Origin: Candidatus Saccharimonadota bacterium
GTDB taxonomy: Bacteria > Patescibacteriota > Patescibacteriia > 2-12-FULL-60-25
Direction: 5' to 3'
DNA length: 32,000 bases
NCBI GenBank assembly: GCA_016699205.1
Contig: CP064964.1
Coordinates: 900,001 to 932,000 of the forward strand
Shown here: positions 8,423 through 14,702 of the stretch, in pieces
Numbering within the stretch: position 1 is the first letter of the stretch
How the letters are laid out: each line of letters opens with the position of its first letter
Made by a program: the position numbers and the translations under genes
The notes under the pieces: generated by a model
Told to the model about the DNA's origin: nothing
Databases searched by the model: none
The model's input: only the letters and a program-made list of their open reading frames with translations

Positions 8423-9700
8423 ATGTGGGAAAAGCTCATGCAAGCTTGGCGTGTGAAAGAGGTGCGCAATGGCCTCCTCTTTGTGCTCGGAATGATGATC
8501 ATCTTCCGCGTCATGGCCAATATCCCGCTGCCGGGAGTCGATCTTATCGCGCTCAAGCGTTTCTTTGAGGCGAACCAGGTTCTCGGTCTCCTGAACTTGT
8601 TCTCGGGCGGTACCATTGAAAACTTCAGTATCGTGGCACTGGGTGTCGCTCCGTATATTACGGCGTCGATTATTTTCCAGTTGTTGGCGATGATTTTTCC
8701 TCGTCTCGAGGAAATCCAGAAAGATGGAGAGGCCGGACAGCGCCGTATCAACCAGTGGACGCGCATGCTAACGATTCCGCTCGCCATCATCCAGTCATTC
8801 AGCTTGCTGCAATTGCTCGGTCAGTCGGCGACCCCGATTTTGACCAATGCCGATCCGCTGCACATCGTGATGATTATCGCGACCGTGACCGGTGGAACCA
8901 TGTTGCTCATGTGGATGGGTGAATTGATGAGCGAGAAGAAAGTCGGCAACGGCATCTCGATGCTTATCTTTGCCGGTATTATTGCCGGATTGCCGAGCTC
9001 GCTTTCGCAGCTTTTGGCAACGACGGACACCTCGCAGTGGTTGACCTATGTGCTGTACGCCGCCGTGGCGATCGGTATGGTTGCCGGTGTCGTGTTTGTG
9101 TCTGAAGGCCAGCGCAATGTGCCGGTGCAGTATGCCCGTCAGTCGCGCGGTTCTAGCGGTTCGATTGGCGGCGTCGGTTCATCGCTTCCGTTGCGCGTGA
9201 ACTTGACCGGTGTTATTCCGATCATTTTTGCCATCTCGCTCTTGCTCTTCCCGTCGGTGATTGCCCAATTCTTTACGCAGGCGCGTACGGTTTGGATCTC
9301 ACAGGCTGCGACATGGGTGATCGTGACCTTGCAGAATCAGACGGTATACGCCGTGCTCTACTTCTCGTTGGTCGTGATCTTCACGTACTTCTACACGTCG
9401 ATTGTGTTCCACCCGGACCGTATCGCCGAGAACATTCAAAAGCAGGGCGGATTTATTCCGGGTATTCGCCCGGGTAAGCCGACGGCCGAGTATCTCCAGA
9501 GCGTTGTGAATCGCATCACGCTTGGCGGAGCTCTCTTCCTTGGTCTTATTGCCGTCGCCCCGTTGATTGCGGAGGCGGCACTTGGTACGCAGTTGATCGC
9601 CCTTGGCGGTACATCGATTTTGATCGTTGTTTCCGTCGTCGTTGAATCGATTAAGCAGATCCAGTCACAGATCACGATGCGCGAGTACGACGTGTACTAA
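8423..9700 (+). CDS. secY: preprotein translocase subunit SecY
   Basis: 425 aa, about 10 hydrophobic segments, ...GVAPYITASIIFQLL... SecY signature; canonical position after rplO. Confidence 0.95.
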   Translation: MWEKLMQAWRVKEVRNGLLFVLGMMIIFRVMANIPLPGVDLIALKRFFEANQVLGLLNLFSGGTIENFSIVALGVAPYITASIIFQLLAMIFPRLEEIQKDGEAGQRRINQWTRMLTIPLAIIQSFSLLQLLGQSATPILTNADPLHIVMIIATVTGGTMLLMWMGELMSEKKVGNGISMLIFAGIIAGLPSSLSQLLATTDTSQWLTYVLYAAVAIGMVAGVVFVSEGQRNVPVQYARQSRGSSGSIGGVGSSLPLRVNLTGVIPIIFAISLLLFPSVIAQFFTQARTVWISQAATWVIVTLQNQTVYAVLYFSLVVIFTYFYTSIVFHPDRIAENIQKQGGFIPGIRPGKPTAEYLQSVVNRITLGGALFLGLIAVAPLIAEAALGTQLIALGGTSILIVVSVVVESIKQIQSQITMREYDVY

Positions 9701-9713
9701 AGCATCAAGCAGT

Positions 9714-9772
9714 AAACATGGAACATAGAGCATCTGAGCGGTATAATGCTCCAGGCTCTATGTTCCATGTTT
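9714..9772 (+). terminator. 18-bp perfect inverted repeat hairpin (AAACATGGAACATAGAGC / GCTCTATGTTCCATGTTT) with 23-nt loop containing TATAAT, followed by a T run
   Basis: Arms at 9714..9731 and 9755..9772 are exact reverse complements; the loop has a nested GAGC/GCTC stem around GGTATAAT; TTTT follows. Confidence 0.5.
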
Positions 9773-9779
9773 TATAGCT

Positions 9780-10430
9780 ATGGCACGTGTACGCTTACGA
9801 GCCCTTTTGTTTGGTCCCAATGGGGCCGGCAAGACCACGCAAGGCCAACTTTTGGCCGAGCGTTATAGCGTTCCATTTGTGTCTGCCGGAAATGTTTTGC
9901 GGGCAGAGATCGCTGAGAAAACGGCGATTGGAAAAATGGTTGAGTCGTATGTGGAAGCGGGTATGCTTGCGCCGGATGAATTAGTTGATGCGATCGTGCT
10001 TAAGCGGCTCAAAGGGTTGGCCATGGAACGCGGTTATGTACTTGATGGATTTCCGCGTAATGTGGAGCAAGCTGTGGCGCTCGATAAACTATTAAAACCG
10101 AATCTTGCCATCCAGTTAAAGCTGTCGGATGCCAGCGCGCTCAAACGGCTGAAGGGGAGATTTGTTTGCGAAGGATGCCGAAGTGTTTTTCATCGGGAAT
10201 TTGGGTTGGAGGATATGTTGTGTACGGTTTGCGGAGGAAAGCTTGTAACACGTAAAGATGATGCCGAGGATGCGGTGCGGCGCCGGCTCGCGGTTTATCA
10301 TTTTATGACCGAGCCATTGGCGGCGCATTATCGACAGAGAGGAATTTTGCTTGCCGTTAATGCGGATCAGTCGATTGCGGATTTACATGAAGAGTTGTGC
10401 AAGAAAACACAGAAGCTCGGATTCGCCTGA
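9780..10430 (+). CDS. adk: adenylate kinase (Cys4 zinc lid)
   Basis: P-loop GPNGAGKTT; lid CEGC...CTVCGG; canonical position after secY. Confidence 0.93.
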   Translation: MARVRLRALLFGPNGAGKTTQGQLLAERYSVPFVSAGNVLRAEIAEKTAIGKMVESYVEAGMLAPDELVDAIVLKRLKGLAMERGYVLDGFPRNVEQAVALDKLLKPNLAIQLKLSDASALKRLKGRFVCEGCRSVFHREFGLEDMLCTVCGGKLVTRKDDAEDAVRRRLAVYHFMTEPLAAHYRQRGILLAVNADQSIADLHEELCKKTQKLGFA

Positions 10431-10433
10431 TCT

Positions 10434-11216
10434 ATGTCCATGATTAAAACGCCGGAAGAAATTGAGGCGCTACGCGAAGGCGGAGCGCTGCTTTCACGTA
10501 CGCTCGCGGAAATCCGTAAGGCGTGTGTGGCCGGTGTTACAAGTGAAGAGCTTGATGCGATTGCGATCAAGCGTTTTGCGGAAGCCGGAGGGGAGCCGAG
10601 TTTTCTTGGGTATAAAATCGACAAAGACGGCTCGGCGTTTCCGGGGGCGCTTTGTGTTTCGATCAATGATGAAGTCGTGCACGGACTGCCGATTCCGGCG
10701 CGTGTGATTAAAGAAGGAGATATTGTCGGACTTGATATCGGGGTTTGGTATAAGGGTTTGTGTACGGATATGGCGACGACGGTTATTGTCGGGAAGACGG
10801 ATGAGAAGACGCGGAAGCTTGTCGAGGATACACGCGAGTCGCTTGTCCGTGCGCTTCAGGAGGTGCGTGCTGGAAAATTTGTGCACGATATCAGTAATGC
10901 AATCGACGATTATTTGACGCCAAAGGGGTACGGTATTGTCAAAGATTTGGTTGGCCATGGCGTTGGACATGCGGTTCATGAAGAGCCTCAGATTCCGCAT
11001 TATCGTGAACGCCGTGCGCCGCGGATTAAGTTGGAGAAGGGTATGGTTCTTGCGATTGAACCAATGGTGACGCTTGGCGATTGGCGCGTGTACATGAAGG
11101 ATGATCAGTGGACTATCGCAACGGAGGATGGGAGTACGTCGGCGCATTTTGAGGTGACAGTGGCGGTCACGGATACGGGATATGAGCTCATTACCCCTTG
11201 GCCGGATCAAGGGTAA
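10434..11216 (+). CDS. map: type I methionine aminopeptidase
   Basis: Metal-ligand pattern GLDIG...CTDMA...GHGVGHAVHEEP...LAIEPM...AHFE; alternative ATG at 10440. Confidence 0.95.
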   Translation: MSMIKTPEEIEALREGGALLSRTLAEIRKACVAGVTSEELDAIAIKRFAEAGGEPSFLGYKIDKDGSAFPGALCVSINDEVVHGLPIPARVIKEGDIVGLDIGVWYKGLCTDMATTVIVGKTDEKTRKLVEDTRESLVRALQEVRAGKFVHDISNAIDDYLTPKGYGIVKDLVGHGVGHAVHEEPQIPHYRERRAPRIKLEKGMVLAIEPMVTLGDWRVYMKDDQWTIATEDGSTSAHFEVTVAVTDTGYELITPWPDQG

Positions 11217-11219
11217 CGG

Positions 11220-11248
11220 TTGACAAAACGTCAAAAATTTGCTAAGTT
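11220..11248 (+). promoter_or_regulatory. sigma70-like promoter: TTGACA - 17 nt - TAAGTT
   Basis: TTGACA at 11220..11225, 17-nt spacer, TAAGTT at 11243..11248; GGAGG at 11266..11270 lies 8 nt before ATG 11279. Confidence 0.4.
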
Positions 11249-11278
11249 GAGCCTACGGAATTTACGGAGGTACTTTTC

Positions 11279-12406
11279 ATGTCGGCAGTGGCGTTTTTCG
11301 ATTCCCGTCTCCAGCGTCCGATTTCTCTGCGCGTTTCTGGTGAGGTGATTCGTCGTCAGGCGTATCCCTTTCCCGATCCCAAGCTCGTCGTCATCGCCGA
11401 GTCGGCGGGGGATGGGCGTACAGGCAAGGCGATTCTGCACTCGAAGGAGCTCAAGACGCGCACCAAGGGTGCGACCGAGCATCTCGAGATCTCCAACTCG
11501 TTCCGACTGCAGTCCATGCTCGAGCACATCGATCAGGGCGGCGTCTCGGAAGAGGAGCGGCTCAAGCGCCGTATCGACGAGCTCAGGACCGCGAGCGACT
11601 ACCTCATGCGCTCCGGTAAGCTCAAGGATGGCGATGCCAAGGAGATCACGCATCTCCTGCGTGCCATCGAGAACGATTTGGCGGCGCCCAAGCGCAATCC
11701 GCACAAGCTTGCGGCGAGCCGCAATGTCGGTAGCGGGCTTGGGTATCGGTCCCCGAAGGCGGGGAATCCGGTCGGGCCTGTGATCGCCATCGCGAGCCGC
11801 GGAGCGATCAAGCGTCTCGAGTCCCGCATCGCCGAAATTCTCGGTGTTCGGAGCTTTGCGAATCTGCGCCTTGCGCTTGTCACGGCCTTCAATCGCGAGG
11901 CCGAACAACTCTTCAAGGCTCTCAAGGAAGAGAAGGACATGCGTAACGGGGAGTTCCCGAAGCTGGTCGAGGAGCTCCGCTACATGCGCCTTCAGCCTTT
12001 CGAGGCTCCGTCGCGGCGCATCGAGCAGCTGTATGAGGAGTTTCGCTACGGCGATGCCAGCGAGATCGATACGTTTGCGGCCATCCGCCGCGAGCTGCAC
12101 GCCGTGCTCCTCGTGTGCGTGGTCGAGCGGCAGGTCATTCGACGGCTCTCGTACATGACGCATCGCTCGCTCGAGGAGAGCAAGATGAAGGAGCATCGCG
12201 AGGCCGCGATCCACTCGATCGTCAAGATCGCCAAGCATGTTGCGGCCTGCAGCTCGTTCAGCCAGGATGCGCGGAGCATCGCGGCGACCAAGCTCGAGCA
12301 TGCGCGCAACATCCTCGCTCAGGAAGACCTGTTCGAGACCCCCAAGAAGCGCCTCAAGAGCGCCGACAAGATTCTCAAAGAGCTGACGGCGATTCTGCCC
12401 GTCTGA
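11279..12406 (+). CDS. hypothetical protein (375 aa, charged, probably helical, no motif recognised)
   Basis: Long ORF with promoter and SD; GC3-rich codons; about 65% GC in three sampled 60-nt lines versus 42-53% in sampled adk/map/fpg lines; the co-extensive antisense ORF is judged a shadow. Confidence 0.7.
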   Translation: MSAVAFFDSRLQRPISLRVSGEVIRRQAYPFPDPKLVVIAESAGDGRTGKAILHSKELKTRTKGATEHLEISNSFRLQSMLEHIDQGGVSEEERLKRRIDELRTASDYLMRSGKLKDGDAKEITHLLRAIENDLAAPKRNPHKLAASRNVGSGLGYRSPKAGNPVGPVIAIASRGAIKRLESRIAEILGVRSFANLRLALVTAFNREAEQLFKALKEEKDMRNGEFPKLVEELRYMRLQPFEAPSRRIEQLYEEFRYGDASEIDTFAAIRRELHAVLLVCVVERQVIRRLSYMTHRSLEESKMKEHREAAIHSIVKIAKHVAACSSFSQDARSIAATKLEHARNILAQEDLFETPKKRLKSADKILKELTAILPV

Positions 12407-12411
12407 CACCT

Positions 12412-12450
12412 GCGACCCTCGATGCTAACTGGCGTCGGGGGTCGCTTCTT
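12412..12450 (+). terminator. possible intrinsic terminator (GCGACCC...GGGTCGC, then TTCTTGTT)
   Basis: 7-bp GC-rich stem 12412..12418 / 12439..12445 followed by T-rich sequence. Confidence 0.35.
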
Positions 12451-12465
12451 GTTAAGGTCGTTTTT

Positions 12466-13276
12466 ATGCCGGAATTACCAGAAGTCGAGACTGTAAGACG
12501 TCAATTACATGCCGGTTTGGCGGGCAAAATGATTGTATCGGTGACGCTTTTGAAGTCGGGGAGGGAGAAGCCGGTTGGGAAGCGATTTGTTGAGGTTGTT
12601 GTCGGGAAAACAATCGAGGGTGTTGAGCGGCGTGCGAAGCTGCTTGTTTATCGATTTACCGATGGAACGGCGATGACGGCGCATTTGAAAATGACGGGGA
12701 AGTTCGTTTTTGTTGATGACGAGTATGTATCGACCAAAACATGATCGAATGATTTTTGAATTAGGAGATACGCGATTGGTTTGGAATGATGTAAGGCGAT
12801 TTGGTTTTGTGCATTTTGTTTCCGGAAAAGAGCTGGAGGAGATTTTATCGAAATATGGACCGGAGCCGCTGGAGTCGCATGTCACGCTACTCGCGACACG
12901 CTTCATCAAGCCAAAGACGAGAATGGTGAAGGCGGCGCTTTTGAATCAGGCGGTGATTGCAGGAGTTGGGAATATTTATGCGGATGAAGCGTGCCATCGA
13001 GCGGGGATTTTGCCGACGAGACGATTGGGAAAGATGAAAGAAGCGGATCGAATAAATTTAATAAAGCATTTGAAAGAGTTGCTGGATGAAGCGGTGAAGC
13101 AGCGGGGGACGAGTGCGAATGATTATGTGGATACGGAGGGGAAAAAGGGAGGGTTTTTATCGCTGTTGCGGGTGTATGGGAGGGAAGGAGAGAAGTGTTT
13201 GAATTGCGGAGGTGCGATCAAGAGAATAGTTGTGGCGCAGAGAGGGACGCATTATTGCGGAGGGTGTCAGAAATAA
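12466..13276 (+). pseudogene. mutM: formamidopyrimidine-DNA glycosylase, interrupted by a frameshift
   Basis: MPELPEVETVRR... (catalytic Pro2/Glu3) in frame 1 stops at 12744; ...KHDRMIFELGDTRLVWNDVRRFG...CLNCGG...HYCGGCQ zinc finger continues in frame 2; removing one A from the A4 run 12736..12739 restores ...DDEYVSTKHDRM... Confidence 0.85.
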
Positions 13277-13282
13277 AAATGT

Positions 13283-13316
13283 AAAAACCCTCCGACTCAG
13301 TTGTCGGAGGGTTTTT
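13283..13316. terminator. bidirectional intrinsic terminator (14-bp stem, 6-nt loop)
   Basis: AAAAACCCTCCGAC (13283..13296) / GTCGGAGGGTTTTT (13303..13316), between convergent genes. Confidence 0.7.
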
Positions 13317-13333
13317 AAGAGCAAGACCGAGCT

Positions 13334-13558
13334 TCAGCGCAGGAGGCTCATTGCTAGGAAGTAGAATCCGAGGAAGAAGCCGAGCATCAGTAGACCGGCG
13401 ATCGTGAAAGCGATCCAGCCGAGCGCTGTCTTGGGCTCCGTATCTGCGGGTTTGGGTGGTTCGATGCCCTGGGCACGTAGCTCGGCTTCCTTGCGCTTGC
13501 GCTCTTCACGTTCGAGCTTGGCGTCGATCTCTGCATCGGCACGGGTGATTCTGGTCAT
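13334..13558 (-). CDS. small C-terminally anchored membrane protein (74 aa)
   Basis: GGAGGA SD 5 nt upstream of the ATG; charged helical N-terminal part plus one C-terminal TM segment (WIAFTIAGLLMLGFFLGFYFLAM). Confidence 0.6.
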   Translation of the reverse strand: MTRITRADAEIDAKLEREERKRKEAELRAQGIEPPKPADTEPKTALGWIAFTIAGLLMLGFFLGFYFLAMSLLR

Positions 13559-13661
13559 CAGCTTCCTCCGAAGGAGCGGGTTTTTTGCTATCGAAATCTT
13601 GGCTTTTATCGAGGGTTTTTGTCAATAAATGTTGGTTTTTTGGCTAAGATCGATCTCCGTC

Positions 13662-13713
13662 TAAAAACCTTATAAAAACTTTGTTTTTGCTTATTTACTT
13701 TATCTGTAAAAAC
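13662..13713 (+). promoter_or_regulatory. three direct copies of TAAAAAC upstream of the response-regulator gene
   Basis: Copies start at 13662, 13673 (11-bp spacing) and 13707 (34 bp further). Confidence 0.25.
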
Positions 13714-13729
13714 GCTACTCTTGGCCTGT

Positions 13730-14401
13730 ATGCGATTACTTGTCGTAGAAGATGATCGCCAGGTTTCACAAGCGTTAAAGGATGTTCTTACGAAACAGTC
13801 TTTTAGCGTTGATACGACGGCGACGGGGGAGGATGCTTTGCGTTTAGCGAACGATGTTGCTTACGATGTCATTCTACTTGATTATGTCTTGCCTGGTATT
13901 GATGGAAAGCAAGTTTGCAAGATATTGCGCGAGCGCGGATTTCATACGCCGATCTTGATGTTGACTGTCCGATGCGAGACATCGGACAAAGTCTGCGCTT
14001 TGGATGAAGGTGCGGATGATTATTTGACCAAGCCGTTTTCAACGGATGAATTGGTTGCGCGCGTGCGTGCATTGCTGCGACGTTCGAAGGCGTTCCAGTC
14101 GGATACGTTTCAGTTGGATGATTTGGTTATCGACGGCAAACGTCAGCGTGTTGTTCGTGGTCAGCGCGAGATTTATTTGACTCGAAAAGAATTTGGTTTG
14201 TTGGAGTATCTCATGCGCAATCAGGGCGTTGTGCTTTCCCGTACGGATATCATGGAGCATGTTTGGGATAAGTCGGCTGACCCTGGATCGAATACGATCG
14301 AGACGCACATGATGACGCTTCGTAAGAAGGTCGATGAGGCGGGGAAGTCAAAACTTATCCACACGGTACAAGGGCGTGGTTACAAGATAGAAGTGCAGTA
14401 G
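13730..14401 (+). CDS. OmpR/PhoB-family response regulator
   Basis: Receiver MRLLVVEDD...ILLDYVLPGIDG...TKPF; winged helix ...LTRKEFGLLEYLMRN...TVQGRGYKI; ATG 13730 preferred over TTG 13721. Confidence 0.92.
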   Translation: MRLLVVEDDRQVSQALKDVLTKQSFSVDTTATGEDALRLANDVAYDVILLDYVLPGIDGKQVCKILRERGFHTPILMLTVRCETSDKVCALDEGADDYLTKPFSTDELVARVRALLRRSKAFQSDTFQLDDLVIDGKRQRVVRGQREIYLTRKEFGLLEYLMRNQGVVLSRTDIMEHVWDKSADPGSNTIETHMMTLRKKVDEAGKSKLIHTVQGRGYKIEVQ

Positions 14402-14460
14402 AAGATAAAGTCTTTATATAGATTTTATACTTGTTAAGATTTGAATGTTGTACTGTAGAG

Positions 14461-14489
14461 TTGATTCGGGGTCGACGAATCAACATATT
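14461..14489 (+). promoter_or_regulatory. inverted repeat TTGATTCG-N7-CGAATCAA overlapping a possible promoter (TTGATT - 17 nt - CATATT)
   Basis: Arms 14461..14468 / 14476..14483; CATATT 14484..14489, T7 run 14488..14494; could instead be the regulator gene terminator. Confidence 0.3.
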
Positions 14490-14513
14490 TTTTTATCCAC
14501 GCACTATTATATT

Positions 14514-14627
14514 ATGAACAAGCTCATCGAGAAGGTTCTCTCGGACGCATCTGTGCGTACGAATGGATCAGCTGGCTCTGTAGCCATCGCACTCGCTTCT
14601 GAAGAGTTCGCACCTTGGGGCCACTAG
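14514..14627 (+). CDS. 37-aa mini-ORF MNKLIEKVLSDASVRTNGSAGSVAIALASEEFAPWGH, candidate signalling-peptide precursor
   Basis: In-frame ATG inside listed ORF 14445..14627; the preceding 23 codons are AT-rich and overlap the repeat/promoter-like sequence; lies between regulator and kinase and is followed by a hairpin. Confidence 0.4.
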   Translation: MNKLIEKVLSDASVRTNGSAGSVAIALASEEFAPWGH

Positions 14628-14630
14628 TAT

Positions 14631-14702
14631 AAAAGAGACGATCCTTGCGGAAATCATGTTTTTTACATACGTTAGTTTCACCGCATGAAGATCGTCTCTT
14701 TT
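14631..14702 (+). other. long-range hairpin (13-bp perfect stem) enclosing the kinase start codon
   Basis: AAAAGAGACGATC 14631..14643 / GATCGTCTCTTTT 14690..14702; additional TGCGG/CCGCA pairing 14646..14650 / 14681..14685; T6 run 14699..14704. Confidence 0.5.

Noticed and set aside
186-8443. Very long minus-strand ORFs across the ribosomal operon (186..1100, 2123..3400, 3457..4539, 4541..5152, 5795..6316, 6454..8055, 7874..8443)
   Set aside because: They are antisense to unmistakable r-protein and secY genes. Their translations are Arg/Ser/Leu/Ala-rich with no recognisable motifs. This is the typical shadow-ORF effect of GC3-rich coding sequence.
10494-11234. 246-aa minus-strand ORF opposite map, and other internal or antisense ORFs inside recognised genes (e.g. 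15466..15834, 16512..16943, 24976..25302, 29542..30024)
   Set aside because: They are antisense or out of frame with genes that have clear family signatures, and they have low-complexity or Arg-rich translations.
11231-12409. 392-aa minus-strand ORF almost exactly co-extensive with 11279..12406
   Set aside because: It lies in the exact antisense codon register of the plus ORF, so it stays open simply because the plus gene uses no TTA, CTA or TCA codons. It starts with GTG and has no SD, whereas the plus ORF has a promoter, GGAGG and a terminator. A genuine antisense gene cannot be fully excluded without expression data.
12115-12465. Upstream extension of the fpg ORF (listed from 12115), and similar 5' extensions of ORFs 114, 763, 1235, 4352, 6322, 22209, 28130, 30365 and 31125
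   Set aside because: The extensions overlap the preceding, well-supported genes or terminators. Conserved protein N-termini (MPELPEVE, MSRIGKKP, MPIKKIRP and others) start at the internal ATGs.
13559-13729. Recurrent GTTTTT(T)G tracts in the divergent spacer as phased DNA-bending A/T tracts
   Set aside because: The spacings (roughly 33, 20 and 48 bp) are not in helical phase. This is probably just an AT-rich promoter region. Only the TAAAAAC repeats were kept, as a low-confidence observation.
14445-14513. Longer 60-aa version of the mini-ORF starting at ATG 14445
   Set aside because: The first 23 codons (MLYCRVDSGSTNQHIFLSTHYYI) run through the palindrome, the promoter-like sequence and a T7 run, and look non-coding. 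The internal ATG 14514 is preferred, though the longer form cannot be excluded.
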